Assembly: GCA_963827165.1 (NCBI GenBank) | Contig: CAWGZR010000004.1 | Location: 211,183-275,182 of the forward strand | Source: Candidatus Bathyarchaeota archaeon | Lineage (GTDB): Archaea; Thermoproteota; Bathyarchaeia; Bathyarchaeales; Bathycorpusculaceae | DNA: 64,000 nt | Reading direction: 5' to 3' | Program-made: the position numbers and the translations under genes | The notes under the pieces: generated by a model | Databases searched by the model: none | Seen by the model: only the letters and a program-made list of their open reading frames with translations | Told to the model about the DNA's origin: nothing | Part shown: one piece after another, positions 40,786-51,571 of the stretch | Layout: each line of letters begins with the position of its first letter | Numbering within the stretch: position 1 is the first letter of the stretch

Positions 40786-41592
40786 TTGAATAGTAGGAGA
40801 GGCGCCTACTTGGCGATTATTGTTGTTTCTGATTTGCATCTGGGATTTGATAGCTCCGACAAAGCAGCATTTATCCGTTTTCTAGGAAAACTTCAATCTG
40901 ACCCCACTGTTACCGATCTGGTGTTTCTTGGCGACATCGTGGATATGTGGAGGCGGGATTCCTCAGGCGTTTTTCTTGAGAACCATGATGTTCTCGACCT
41001 AATCATCGAACTCCAAAAGAAGATGCACGTATATTACGTGGCAGGAAACCACGATTTCCATGTTCTCAAGTTGCAAGGCTTCGGATATCCCATCGACTTT
41101 AAAATGGAATTGACCCTTCAGCAAGACGGCGTGAATTACAGGTTTGTTCACGGCTGGGAATTTGACGATCTGCAGCATGAGCACTTCATGGAATCGCTCT
41201 GCCACTCAATGTCCGACAATAAAGGCGAACGCGACAACAACATCTGGGCCGCACTTGGCCGCTACGAAAGTGACTTTTCCCGCTTTTTCTCGGTGATCGA
41301 TAGGGGAAGAAAACGCCGAATCGCAGAGATGCTGCAGCTAGGTCCCGAGCAGAGGCTCATAGAAAGCCTGAAGGGTGTAGAAAAGAAGGCCCGCGCCACA
41401 GTTCAGCCTGGAGAAGTTCTTGTCTTCGGGCACACTCACAGACCCTTCGTGAATAAGGAGGAAAACCTCGCAAATACCGGATCATGGGTTAAAGCCGCGC
41501 CTGTCCACAACACCTATGTGCGGATAGAAGGCGGCAAACCCAAGCTATTCGTATTCGAAGGAGCCGAGATTACGGAAAGAGCCGACATCTAA
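40786..41592 (+). CDS. Calcineurin-like metallophosphoesterase (LpxH-like)
   Basis: SDLHLG, LGDIVD, AGNHD, VHGW, FGHTH, NTGSW. Confidence 0.92.
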   Translation: MNSRRGAYLAIIVVSDLHLGFDSSDKAAFIRFLGKLQSDPTVTDLVFLGDIVDMWRRDSSGVFLENHDVLDLIIELQKKMHVYYVAGNHDFHVLKLQGFGYPIDFKMELTLQQDGVNYRFVHGWEFDDLQHEHFMESLCHSMSDNKGERDNNIWAALGRYESDFSRFFSVIDRGRKRRIAEMLQLGPEQRLIESLKGVEKKARATVQPGEVLVFGHTHRPFVNKEENLANTGSWVKAAPVHNTYVRIEGGKPKLFVFEGAEITERADI

Positions 41593-41698
41593 CTATTTCC
41601 TGTTTGATTTTTGTTAGAGGTTCCAGAGTGCGTTTGCGCTGTGTTTGGCTTTCTCAATGATTGACTGCACGGTAGCTTGGCTTAAACCGGTTTTCCGC

Positions 41699-42460
41699 TC
41701 AATCGCCGACGCGTCTTGGCTTACTAGCTCGTTTTATGAGAACAATTCCGGAGTCAACTAGCCTCTGTCTTGCTTCGACGTTTACGTCTCTTAGGCAACT
41801 CAATGGATACAGCTTGTTTTCCAAAATAGCGTCTCTTAATCCGAAATGTTCAGGTGAAGTCCAACCAATCTGAATAAGATTTTTACATTTGCCATATTGC
41901 ATTGCATGCTCCGAGTACCGGGTGTTAGTAACAATAACTGCACGGTCAATTCTCAAATCCGTTAACCCCGCCGCGAAGGCATCCGACACATCTTCTAATA
42001 CTGCCCAAGCTATTCGACTCTCATCCAACCCCGTGAGCGCATGATAGCTGAAATGATGCTTAACCTCAACAAAATAAGTAACCCCCTCTTTGCGTACAAT
42101 GCCATCAACCTCATGTTCCCCACATTTACCCCTAAGAACCCGATTAGGCGTAACCTCAAAACCAGTATGCGCCAACAAAACCTGAATAAACAATTCAAAC
42201 TCCGGCTTAGGCTCCATCAAACTTATGCCCTGCTTCAAATCGTAAAGGTGACCAATACCAGGCCTGAACTCCTGCATAAACGAGAAAATAAGCTGAAGAA
42301 TCAACTGAGTAGTAATACCCTCATAAAGTCTTTTTTCAATTCGATCAGCAACTTCATTCGCAGTGTTGCTATCCGCACCCATCCTCAAGCACGTCTGCAC
42401 AATTTTTTCTCTACTAAAGGACTGTTTAGAACCGTCTGCTTTGGTTACCCGAAACGCCAC
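41699..42460 (-). CDS. ATP-cone domain plus Mrr-like restriction endonuclease (C-terminus probably frameshifted)
   Basis: VTKADGSKQSFSREKI (ATP cone); FELFI..GFEV..EHEVDGI..FVEVKHH..IVTNT. Confidence 0.85.
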   Translation of the reverse strand: MAFRVTKADGSKQSFSREKIVQTCLRMGADSNTANEVADRIEKRLYEGITTQLILQLIFSFMQEFRPGIGHLYDLKQGISLMEPKPEFELFIQVLLAHTGFEVTPNRVLRGKCGEHEVDGIVRKEGVTYFVEVKHHFSYHALTGLDESRIAWAVLEDVSDAFAAGLTDLRIDRAVIVTNTRYSEHAMQYGKCKNLIQIGWTSPEHFGLRDAILENKLYPLSCLRDVNVEARQRLVDSGIVLIKRASKPRRVGD

Positions 42461-42633
42461 GCTGAATGCACCATTAAAGAGAAAAATACACAGAGTGCAG
42501 TTTTAAGTCTATTCAATTCTCAAGCCGGTTAGCTGTATCTTCTGGGGGCGTTTCGATATTGTGGCTGTCGGTTCACAGTCACACATCTTAAAATAACCTC
42601 AACCGAGTTAAGGGTAAGTGAGGTTTTTTGACA

Positions 42634-42792
42634 ATGGGAGCACTTGATTTTCTTTTCGTAGTTGCCGCGATACTCATCATACTTTGGCTACTTGGCTTTG
42701 TTTTATTCAGCCTTGGCACCATCATATGGGTACTGCTTGTCATAGCCCTCATCATAATAGCTGTCCGATTACTTTCAGGACGAAGAATATAA
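42634..42792 (+). CDS. 52-aa membrane protein (lmo0937/DUF5670-like)
   Basis: MGALDFLFVVAAILIILWLLGFVLFSLGTIIWVLLVIALIIIAVRLLSGRRI*; below the ORF-track cutoff. Confidence 0.75.
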   Translation: MGALDFLFVVAAILIILWLLGFVLFSLGTIIWVLLVIALIIIAVRLLSGRRI

Positions 42793-42831
42793 CATTCGCC
42801 GGAAAGTATCCAAAAGTAATCAATTAAATAA

Positions 42832-43572
42832 ATGGTAAATTTGGAGGAGAAAAAAATGAACGATATACTTAGTATTTTTATTGAGGGTGGAACCTTCAGG
42901 ATGTTTGTCTCAGCGATTCAAGCAACAGAGATAGTTGATACTCTTAGAAGTGTTGGGCCGTTCACTGTTTTTGCACCCGACGAGGAAGCGTTTGAAAAAA
43001 TTCCCAAAGGTGAATTAGACAGTTTTCTTAAGGACACGCCAAAGTTAAAGGCAATTCTAATGTATCACATTGTCGCCGGAAAATATACAATTAATGAAAT
43101 CAGCAAAATGAAGACCCTCAAAACAATTCAAGGCCAAGAAGTCAAAATCGACGCACACAAATGGCACCTTCACGTGAACCCAAAAATCAACGACGCACTC
43201 ATCACAAATTACAACCTCGAAGCAGACAACGGCATAATACATGTAATAGACAAAGTGCTTATGCCAAATATGGAGCTAACTTGCCCCGTCTGCGGAATGG
43301 GCTTCATGACCATGGAAGATTTAACTGCTCACACTAAAATGGGCCATGTTGCTGAGAAAGCCATAGAGCCAATGCCGCCCGCTGAAACTATGCCTGCCGG
43401 CGAATTAACCAATGAATCAATGTCTGGCATGTCATCTCAAGAAACACCAATGAAGGGTTTAGAACCTGATCGGGTCAAATGTCCTGATTGTGGAAAAACC
43501 TTCATGAGTCATTCGGAGATGGCACGTCACAGAGATTCAATGCACCATGAAACAAAAGGACACGACGAATGA
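42832..43572 (+). CDS. Fasciclin (FAS1) domain protein with two C2H2-type zinc fingers
   Basis: GPFTVFAPDEEAF, ILMYHIV, ADNGIIHVIDKVLMP; CPVC..HTKMGH and CPDC..HRDSMH. Confidence 0.88.
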   Translation: MVNLEEKKMNDILSIFIEGGTFRMFVSAIQATEIVDTLRSVGPFTVFAPDEEAFEKIPKGELDSFLKDTPKLKAILMYHIVAGKYTINEISKMKTLKTIQGQEVKIDAHKWHLHVNPKINDALITNYNLEADNGIIHVIDKVLMPNMELTCPVCGMGFMTMEDLTAHTKMGHVAEKAIEPMPPAETMPAGELTNESMSGMSSQETPMKGLEPDRVKCPDCGKTFMSHSEMARHRDSMHHETKGHDE

Positions 43573-43804
43573 TATTTCCTCAGCAGATTTAAGAAAGATC
43601 AGTCGTAGCGTTATCGGCCATCCCCAAGGAATTACGATTGCTATTTCTTAAAAGTTGCAAAATGTGATCAAAACCAGATTAAGAGCAGGATCAGTTTTTT
43701 TTTTGTTCCAGGTTTTTCTAATTCGGTTACGTAGACTTCAAGTGCGCATAGGGATTAGTTAAAGTTGAATTGAGGTTTATCCGAAACCTCTTTAGAGGTT
43801 AGAA

Positions 43805-44095
43805 TTGGTTAAAGTTAGCATACTCGTATATGATGAAGTCTGGGGCAGCTTCAAAATGCACTTATTTCACAAACATCGAAACCTAAGAAGACTAAACAGT
43901 GAATTTGAAAGCCTTTTGCAGGCGGCTATAATGGAAGATCAGGTTGTTTTGGCTTTCGAAAAAATAGGAGTTACCGCCAAAGGTACATTATCTACAAATG
44001 AAATCAAAACTGCGAGACCTAAACTGAGAGGACCACCCTCTGAGGAAATCCTAAAAGAAATAAGGCAAGATCGGTTTGCTCAAACTATCTCTTGA
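43805..44095 (+). CDS. Putative antitoxin
   Basis: KVSILVYDEVW..GPPSEEILKEIRQDR (VapB-like tail), preceded by the palindrome AACCTCT-TT-AGAGGTT at 43785-43800. Confidence 0.55.
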   Translation: MVKVSILVYDEVWGSFKMHLFHKHRNLRRLNSEFESLLQAAIMEDQVVLAFEKIGVTAKGTLSTNEIKTARPKLRGPPSEEILKEIRQDRFAQTIS

Positions 44096-44150
44096 TACGA
44101 GCACAACCATCAAACGCTAAATAAGTGAGCCAAGCACAGAAACAATAGAT
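44076..44150 (+). pseudogene. Truncated vapC PIN remnant
   Basis: LLKLSLDTSTTIKR*ISEPSTETID resembles the LDTS..IKRY..EPG start of PIN toxins. Confidence 0.45.
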
Positions 44151-44270
44151 ACGAAAGGTTTCTAACCCAGCCAACTATTCATTAGCTGTGAGGAGAATAG
44201 CCAACGAGCAGCAATGATTGCACATGCAAAGAACGTTTTGGCGGTACCTCTTTGTTAGAAGGCGAAAAAC

Positions 44271-44668
44271 ATGGAAGATAGTTTCGATGTCAATTTGTGT
44301 AAAGTACTTGTTAAGAAACCCACCTCGGACAGCACTATTTTTGAAGAATATGAAGAGCCTTTGATAGATGTTATCGACGAAGAAGACAATGTTAAGCTAT
44401 TAGTTCAATGCAGATGTCAAGAAGAACAAGTCAGCATTCACGTGAACAATAACCATGATGGAATAACAGTATGCAAAGAACGATGCCAAATCAAGAAAGA
44501 ATCAGAAATAGATGGTATGCGGAGACGTCTGTAGCAGAAACATTCCATTAAACCTAAAAGATCTACAACTGGAAAACATGCTCTTCATCGTATCTCAATG
44601 CAACAGCAACAACGTCGTTGAAATAACGATCCCAAAAATAAAACTCAAAACCAACAACGAACGTTAAG
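44271..44668 (+). CDS. Hsp20-like protein fragment (frameshifted near 44510)
   Basis: EPLIDVIDEEDNVKLLVQ; the shifted frame continues ..CNSNNVVEITIPK. Confidence 0.55.
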
Positions 44669-45105
44669 CAATCAAACCCTTAAGGCTTCATTTAACCAAC
44701 TTGCCCCATTCTTCCCTGTTTCCTTCGTTTCTCAGAGTTTATCCATCTCCAAGGTTCTGCATGGAGCTATGTTGAGTTAAGGGGAAAAATTATGGTTAAG
44801 AGGATTTAGCCTTACGCTAACAGAGATAAGGCGAAAAGGAAGAGAGTAGGGGAACCTTATCGTCCATTAGCAGCCGAACCCGCCTAAACAACCGCTGCCT
44901 CTTATCACCCATTATCCATCAAAGAGAATATAAAATAATGTTGTCACAAACTGAAACCAACAAGAAAACCGTTTGCTCGAAAATAAGCAGTTTATGATTA
45001 ATCTATGCTCAAAATATTTCATAAAGCGATGCTTTATAAGGAATGCGGATATATGCAGCAGGAAACCGGTGAGAACAAATACAAAACCGCGAAACCATTA
45101 AGAAG

Positions 45106-45405
45106 TTGTCCATCCGGGTCGGTATAGCATTCATAGCGTTTGCGGGATTGGCCGCCTTAACAAATTATGAATTAAATAGGGTAATGTATACGTCAGCCGC
45201 TCCGTCAAGCTTGTTTGTATATAGCATCTTCACTTCAATTTTGCCGTACTTGCTGGGAGCCGTCATTTCATTTGTAGTGGCCTCCCTCGCCTCACATGAA
45301 GAAACATCATCAAATCAAAAAGAAACAGAAATTAAAAAAGAAGAAACCAAAGAAGCAGAAAAAGAACCCGTAGCTGAAGACGCTTTCGAAGAAACGCCAA
45401 ACTAA
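45106..45405 (+). CDS. Small two-TM protein with an acidic tail
   Basis: Two hydrophobic helices followed by a Glu/Lys-rich tail. Confidence 0.6.
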   Translation: MSIRVGIAFIAFAGLAALTNYELNRVMYTSAAPSSLFVYSIFTSILPYLLGAVISFVVASLASHEETSSNQKETEIKKEETKEAEKEPVAEDAFEETPN

Positions 45406-45736
45406 ACCCTTTTGTTTTATCCATCTTCTCGTTATTTTTGAGTTAAATAGCAAAATAAAACTCAATAGAGACTTCGCATTTATGTGATACGATTTGTGAC
45501 TGTTTGTTATCAATCACATAGATTCATATTCCGTTTTCAAGCTCTATGTCTAACGCCGTGCCTGTTGCGCCTACTTTTGTTTGATGAGTGCGAATTGTAG
45601 GTAACAAGCGGCATGAAAGGATGAAAGATATGAAGAAAATCAAAGTTTTTATGTTTAGATTTCCAATATCGTTTTCGTTATTAATTTCTAAATTAGCGAC
45701 TATGCAATCTAAGGGTTTATCCTGTGGGGTGAAACA

Positions 45737-46906
45737 ATGAAGCATGGGACAGCAAAGACTTTGAGAGTTGGTTGCATCCTTCTCGCTATCTTCTTCTTGT
45801 TCTGTGCTTTCGCATTGTTGCCTCAGCCAGTTCACGCTGATAATACGAATACTGTGACGGCGACGGTGACTGTTGGAAGCGAGCCTGGCGGTGTTGCTGT
45901 AACGTCCGACGGTGCATACGCCTACGTTGCAAATTACGAGAACAACACAGCCTCGGTGATTAACACGGCTACAAATACTGTGACGGCGACGGCAACCGCT
46001 GGAAGCAAACCTACTGGTAGTCTCTGCACAGTTTTGTCGGCGGACTTGGCTTTAACGCCCGACGGCAAATACGCGTATGTGACAAATAGCGGCGGCACTA
46101 CAGTCTCGGTGATAGACACATCGACGAATGCGGTGACGGCGACGGTAACCGTTGGAAGCGAGCCTGTTGGTGTAGCTGTAACTCCCAACGGTGCATACGC
46201 CTATGTAACAAATTACGGTAGCAAGTCGGTTTCGGTGATAAACACGGCTACGAATACGGTGACGGCGACGGTAACCGTTGAAGACGAGCCTGGCGGTGTG
46301 GCTGTAACGCCCAACGGTGCATACGCCTACGTCGCAAATCTTGGCAGTAATTCGGTTTCAGTGATAAGCACGGCTACGAATACGGTGACGGCGACAATAC
46401 CTGTTGGAGGCTATCCTGCCGGTGTGGCCATAACTCCCAACGGTGCAAACGCCTACGTTACAAATAGCGGTAGCAACTCGGTTTCAGTGATAAGCACAGC
46501 CACGAATACGGTGACGACGAATGTAACCGTTGGAAGCATTCCCGTTGGTGTCGCTGTAACACCTAACGGTGCATACGCCTACGTTGCAAATTACGAGAGC
46601 AAGACAGTCTCGGTGATTAACACGGCTACGAATACTGTGACGGCGACGGTAACCGTTGGAAGCGAGCCTACAGGTGTGGCTGTAACGCCCAACGGCGCAT
46701 ACGCCTATGTTACAAATTTTGGCAGTAATTCGGTCTCGGTGATAAGCGCGGCGACAACTGCTTCCCCATCCCCCACAATTCCAGAATTTCCAGCCCAATT
46801 GCTAGTAATTGCGTTAGTTGTCTTTATGATCACAGGCTTGTCTGCGGTTATAGTTGCAAAGAAGCGGATAACGCGTGCGGAAAAAGTCCATGGGAATTCG
46901 CCTTAA
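45737..46906 (+). CDS. YVTN/YncE beta-propeller repeat surface protein with a PEF-type sorting signal
   Basis: Seven ~42-aa repeats PxGVAVTPNGAYAYVTN..SVSVINTATNTVTATVTVG; IPEFP, a TM and a basic tail. Confidence 0.95.
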   Translation: MKHGTAKTLRVGCILLAIFFLFCAFALLPQPVHADNTNTVTATVTVGSEPGGVAVTSDGAYAYVANYENNTASVINTATNTVTATATAGSKPTGSLCTVLSADLALTPDGKYAYVTNSGGTTVSVIDTSTNAVTATVTVGSEPVGVAVTPNGAYAYVTNYGSKSVSVINTATNTVTATVTVEDEPGGVAVTPNGAYAYVANLGSNSVSVISTATNTVTATIPVGGYPAGVAITPNGANAYVTNSGSNSVSVISTATNTVTTNVTVGSIPVGVAVTPNGAYAYVANYESKTVSVINTATNTVTATVTVGSEPTGVAVTPNGAYAYVTNFGSNSVSVISAATTASPSPTIPEFPAQLLVIALVVFMITGLSAVIVAKKRITRAEKVHGNSP

Positions 46907-47009
46907 TTGGAATGTGTGAACGTCAATAATTTAGCAACAAACTGTCGCTTGCTATTGGATCAAAGAAAAGCCACGATCTTCTGAGTTAGCTTGATTTTTT
47001 TTTCAAGCA

Positions 47010-48194
47010 CTATTTTTTTCTTTGCCTTGAGTTTGCTATAGAAAGTATTATGATTAGGCTTGTGGCGATAAAGTATAGTATCCCAAAAATGGTTATTGGG
47101 ATTTTGAAGATGGCTTCTCCGATAAGCACCTTAGTTGACGGGATTGGAATATAGTAGGCAACTGAAAATATGGCGTAGAAAATTATGCCTAAGCCTTCAA
47201 TAACAAACAAAAATCGGTTTAATCGTTTTTTGCTGAGCATGAGTGCCGAATCTTGTTGGGCGTCAGATGTTGCTTTTGGGGAGTCGTTATCCTGGTAGAA
47301 GAGCAAAGGTAACCCAATGAACGGGATGGTTAATCCCCAAAGGTCAAGGTAACCGTGGCCTAAGAGCCATGCATACCAACTGCCCCAACCTCCGACTGAC
47401 CCGAAAATAAACCACAGCAACAAAGTAAACGTGAGATAAATGCCTGTAACTGAAATAATGAGTCCTATTTTCTGGTAGTCTTTTCCTGACAAGTTGTTCT
47501 TTCCAATTGTTTTCTTTGAGAAGAACGCCGTGTAAACCGATAGTAAAAGCAAGCCTACAGTTGTTAAAAGAAAGCTAAACATGTTAACCGGATAATCAGT
47601 TAAGTAGCCTGCGCCTTTTGCGAAGACAGCGCCTATCCAGTTGCCCGCGTTGTTAACCCAAAATGCAAAAAGATAAACCGAACCCGCAATAAGTGACCAC
47701 TTGATTATTTCTTTTGGCGGCTTGCTAGGATTCAAGGTCAAGAACAGTTTCGCTAAGACAGCCGGTATCGCTATACCGTCAACAATGCATGGCAGTGTAA
47801 CCTCAAACAGCTTCATTATGCTAAAATGAAAAGTTCCCGGCAATCCCTCAACGAAAACCGCCGGCAGAAAAGCTAACACAAAATACGCTCCTACAGCAAA
47901 CAGAATAATCCGAACAGCCATCGTTAATTCGGGCTTTGAAAGATCTCTTTTTAAAACGAAGAAAAGCATTATCAAGACAGCTATAGCGCTCGCAGCAACC
48001 ACAAAGCCCAATCCCACAGTTGCAGCAATATCTTCCCTCACCAAAGGTATAGTGGTATGACGATTGTAAATACCTAGAACGCCTTCATAAACGACATAAA
48101 CAAACCACGCCACCAAAACAAGAAATATTCCACTTCTTAACGGCCAATCAACGTTTCCGACTGTGTCCTGTCTATCAGCGACATTTAAGCTCAA
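47010..48194 (-). CDS. Multi-pass membrane protein
   Basis: 394 aa with about 10 hydrophobic segments. Confidence 0.75.
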   Translation of the reverse strand: MSLNVADRQDTVGNVDWPLRSGIFLVLVAWFVYVVYEGVLGIYNRHTTIPLVREDIAATVGLGFVVAASAIAVLIMLFFVLKRDLSKPELTMAVRIILFAVGAYFVLAFLPAVFVEGLPGTFHFSIMKLFEVTLPCIVDGIAIPAVLAKLFLTLNPSKPPKEIIKWSLIAGSVYLFAFWVNNAGNWIGAVFAKGAGYLTDYPVNMFSFLLTTVGLLLLSVYTAFFSKKTIGKNNLSGKDYQKIGLIISVTGIYLTFTLLLWFIFGSVGGWGSWYAWLLGHGYLDLWGLTIPFIGLPLLFYQDNDSPKATSDAQQDSALMLSKKRLNRFLFVIEGLGIIFYAIFSVAYYIPIPSTKVLIGEAIFKIPITIFGILYFIATSLIIILSIANSRQRKK

Positions 48195-48426
48195 AATCTA
48201 ATGCTCCCTGGAGGATTTTATTATTTTTTTGTTTTACCTTTTAAGCTTTTTCAATGTGCGAGATTATAAGCCTCGCTTGTTGAGGGAATCTGCAACTAGT
48301 GGGTAGGTGACAAAATTTATATCAATGGCTGTTTATCGCCTTCCAAACGATGGAAAAGTGAGGGCTAAATTTGTCTTCATTTTGCGGTTTTTCAGCTGAA
48401 AAAGGGATACATAGGGAGGGAAAAGC

Positions 48427-49008
48427 TTGGAAAACGAGCATTTTCCTGGAATAGACGAAATTAGAGAAGTTCAGCACAGAAAAAATCGCACTTTCAGCAG
48501 CGAACCGGGGCATTCTAACGTAAAAGAGGCGTCTTACCGCAAGGTTGGCGTCTACATCAAGAGTATGAAGAAGTATAGGCATGAGCGAGAGCGAAGACGG
48601 CAGGTGCGGCTTTTGGCTGAGAAGGGACATACGCAGAAGCAGATTGCAAGCGAGCTTGGCGTTTCTACCCGGACCATTAAGCGTGACTGGGGTAAGATTC
48701 GATCCTACATTAAAGGTCAAACCCGCAAAGAAATCCGACCGGTTGTGGATGCGCATCAGAAAGAGTTTGAGCAGCGCTACCAAGGTTTAACTGCGAATGA
48801 AAAACTCCACCTCCTAAAACAAGACATAAAAAGCGCGACCAAGAGCGCACATAAACTATCATCAAGCCATACGCCACGAAACCCACATCAGCAACCCCTC
48901 CGACAAGTAGACTACATTTTAGATCTCGATTCACCAACAACCGACGGCTTTCCCAGCGTAATCCTCCCCCAGAAGGGTAATTTCCACTCGCAGAAGGATA
49001 CGAAATGA
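48427..49008 (+). CDS. HTH domain protein (C-terminus probably frameshifted to ~49088)
   Basis: RRRQVRLLAEKGHTQKQIASELGVSTRTIKRDW. Confidence 0.75.
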   Translation: MENEHFPGIDEIREVQHRKNRTFSSEPGHSNVKEASYRKVGVYIKSMKKYRHERERRRQVRLLAEKGHTQKQIASELGVSTRTIKRDWGKIRSYIKGQTRKEIRPVVDAHQKEFEQRYQGLTANEKLHLLKQDIKSATKSAHKLSSSHTPRNPHQQPLRQVDYILDLDSPTTDGFPSVILPQKGNFHSQKDTK

Positions 49009-49402
49009 AGTTCTACGCAATAAAAAACAGAGAAAAAAAAAGAACTCTTCAAAATCACCATATCAACAAAAACCACCACACCCTACTAACCGCAAATATT
49101 TGATTTACAATGTTCTAATAAAAAAGGCCGTCAAGGCTTAAGTTCATTCTCCGGGTCATCAGGCTCATCAACAATAGGCCAGTCTTCCTCTTCCTCATCA
49201 GGTTCTTCTTCAAACAAGCTTTCTTTTATAACTTTCAGGTGTCATTAGCCTCATCGTAGAATCCTGGAGGAAACATAGGATCATCAAAAAGAATCAAGCT
49301 GTCACCCTTGCTATCCGTAATGCTGTCTTTACCCGTTTTGAGCGAACAGCTCCCAAAGGAAAAGAACTCCGTTACTACACACTAACCTTCAGCGGCTTAA
49401 TC

Positions 49403-49894
49403 ATGTATCTTAGCAAGAAAATAACCCTCAATGAAATAAGAGAGGTTGCAAAAGCGCATAAGGATAGGCTCTTGGTTTTTAAGAAATGGGACAAGTTTGT
49501 CACTGCAGGATGTGAGGAAGAAATCTTTCTGCAGCTAAAGAACGCATTGAGATTTGAGCGGCAACGAGACATAATTCAATACAGCATCGATTTCTTAACT
49601 TCGTTTGGACGAGTTCCGCAAAAGGAACCTGAAAGTAGTCCGCTGGATTTTTTTGATTCAGCCGTTTTAGGCTTAATTTTTATGGACCAGCCAATTGAGT
49701 ATGTGAAGGAAAGTCTGCCTGAACAATGGAAAGTGTTGCAGAAGATTTGGCCAGTAATAGAGAAAGATTATGAGCTAAGAAAGAAACGTGACGAGTTCTT
49801 GAGCTATTTGGAAAGAGAGCATGATGAAGGTCTCAAAGCTGTTGCAGAATGGCAAAAATACATAAAGCAAGAAAAAACCAATCCAGACAAATAA
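49403..49894 (+). CDS. Hypothetical protein
   Basis: 163-aa ORF with plausible composition; followed by a hairpin. Confidence 0.55.
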   Translation: MYLSKKITLNEIREVAKAHKDRLLVFKKWDKFVTAGCEEEIFLQLKNALRFERQRDIIQYSIDFLTSFGRVPQKEPESSPLDFFDSAVLGLIFMDQPIEYVKESLPEQWKVLQKIWPVIEKDYELRKKRDEFLSYLEREHDEGLKAVAEWQKYIKQEKTNPDK

Positions 49895-49926
49895 TCCGTA
49901 TGACGGCAATTCCGCCGAAGAAAATC

Positions 49927-49950
49927 ATGAAGCTTTTTTGAGAGCTTCAT
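49927..49950 (+). terminator. Hairpin downstream of 49403-49894
   Basis: ATGAAGCT-TTTTTGAG-AGCTTCAT followed by T-rich sequence. Confidence 0.35.
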
Positions 49951-50779
49951 TTAGCGGTTTTTAGTGGTTTTCCCCTATTTTCAGCGAGAAAAGGACAAAG
50001 TAGAATGCAACGATTCTTTCATGTAATTTGAAGACCCTTGGTTTCTGAGAAAAGCTCACAAGCAGATGGGACAATTTTTTTATTTCAAGGGAGCAACACC
50101 CTGCTTAGTGCAAAAAGGTGCAAAAGTTCTGTAACGATTTTTTAGAAGATGGTTCTTCAGCTATTTTCAAAAAAATTTAGGGTCAAGGGTTGTGGTTGCT
50201 GAGAAAATCTGCTTGGTTGTTCTGTAGACTTTTCATCGAGCACTTGATTAATAGAGTCTTCTTAAAATTGTGGGCGAACTAAGTTTTAAAATAAGCAATT
50301 ATCAACGTGGTGTCTTCACCCATGTGACTGTTCCCTAAGGTAGCTTTTCTCGGTCAAGAGGCGTCATAATGAAGTTTTACGCAAAAAAAACGGAGAAAAA
50401 AGAGACCTACTCAATATCAGCATTTCACCATAAAGGGCCTTCTCCTTTCTACGCTTGTGAAGCTTGAAAATGAGCTGAAATGCGCTGAAAAAGAAGACCC
50501 TGAGCTCTTATTATTTGATGTCTACAAATTACTTAATCTGACGCTATTGATTTTCTGAGAAGCTAGCTTGAAGCATCTCTATATTAGGTCTTCGAACATG
50601 TTGTCGGATTCTTCAGTTAGCGGTTATCCCGGCATTCCCGGCTCATGCCCTATAACTAATGATAGATCGCACATACTTTGATGCAGGATTCCATTTCTTT
50701 GGAAAGTCTTAACTATTTACTTCGCCCATATGCTACAGGTTTCCAGTTATAATGAATCCCATCATGGGAGTTGAGATGA

Positions 50780-51571
50780 GTGCCTGTTGAAATCAGCTTA
50801 GAAATGTATGCTGAGAAGCCCCTGGAGTTGCCGTTTTTTACGGGCCATATCGCAAGGGGGTTGCTGTTGCATTTCATTCGGCAGGTTGATCCTTCCGTTT
50901 CTGGCTTGCTGCATGAGCTTAATGTGTCTAAGCCGTATAGTGTGACGCCTCTGCGGTTCAGAAGCAGCAGCCGCAATGATGAGGGTTACGTTTTGGATCC
51001 TCTGTTCCCCTGCAAAGTTGGTTTTAGGTTTTTGAAAGACGAGTACTCAACCTATCTGCTTAACTTCTTTCAGAAACAAAATACAGCGTTGATTTTTGAC
51101 ACAACTTTCCAAATTGCCTCAATGAGCATAAACTGCAAGACCTACGCCGATTTGGAAAAAGAAGCACAAGCGGTTGACAGGTTCACGCTGGATTTTAGAA
51201 CGCCCACGTATCTGGCGAATCTCAATAGCAGTTACCACTGGATGTTTCCCGACCCCGTAAAAGTATTCTGTAGCTTGATGCGGTGCTGGAACCAGTTCAG
51301 CGACGAACGCCGCTTCACCAAAGAAGAGTATGTAGCCTACAAGGACTGGCTTAGTAAAAATGTGGGCGTGAGCCGCTACGAGTTGCAGACTCGGCTAACA
51401 GTAATGCGGAACAAGAAAGCCACAGGCTTCACCGGCACCGTAACCTACGAATTAGGCGACAAAGAAAACCCCTACAACAAAACCACCCATATGCTCGCAC
51501 ACTACGCCGAATACGCCAACATAGGCGGAAACAAAACAGCAGCATACGGAATGGTGCGATTTACAATTTAG
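50780..51571 (+). CDS. cas6: CRISPR endoribonuclease Cas6
   Basis: KPYSVTPL, FRTPT, GFTGTVTY and the C-terminal G-loop NIGGNKTAAYGMV. Confidence 0.93.
   Translation: MPVEISLEMYAEKPLELPFFTGHIARGLLLHFIRQVDPSVSGLLHELNVSKPYSVTPLRFRSSSRNDEGYVLDPLFPCKVGFRFLKDEYSTYLLNFFQKQNTALIFDTTFQIASMSINCKTYADLEKEAQAVDRFTLDFRTPTYLANLNSSYHWMFPDPVKVFCSLMRCWNQFSDERRFTKEEYVAYKDWLSKNVGVSRYELQTRLTVMRNKKATGFTGTVTYELGDKENPYNKTTHMLAHYAEYANIGGNKTAAYGMVRFTI

Noticed and set aside
44690-44915. Possible fluoride riboswitch or structured RNA
   Set aside because: Partial motifs (CGCCTAAAC, GCTAATG) lie on opposite strands and P1 is missing. It reads better as a decayed small minus-strand ORF.
45840-46750. Near-tandem ~126-nt DNA repeats
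   Set aside because: They are explained by the YVTN propeller blades. The repeats at 21240-22130 are likewise PQQ blades.
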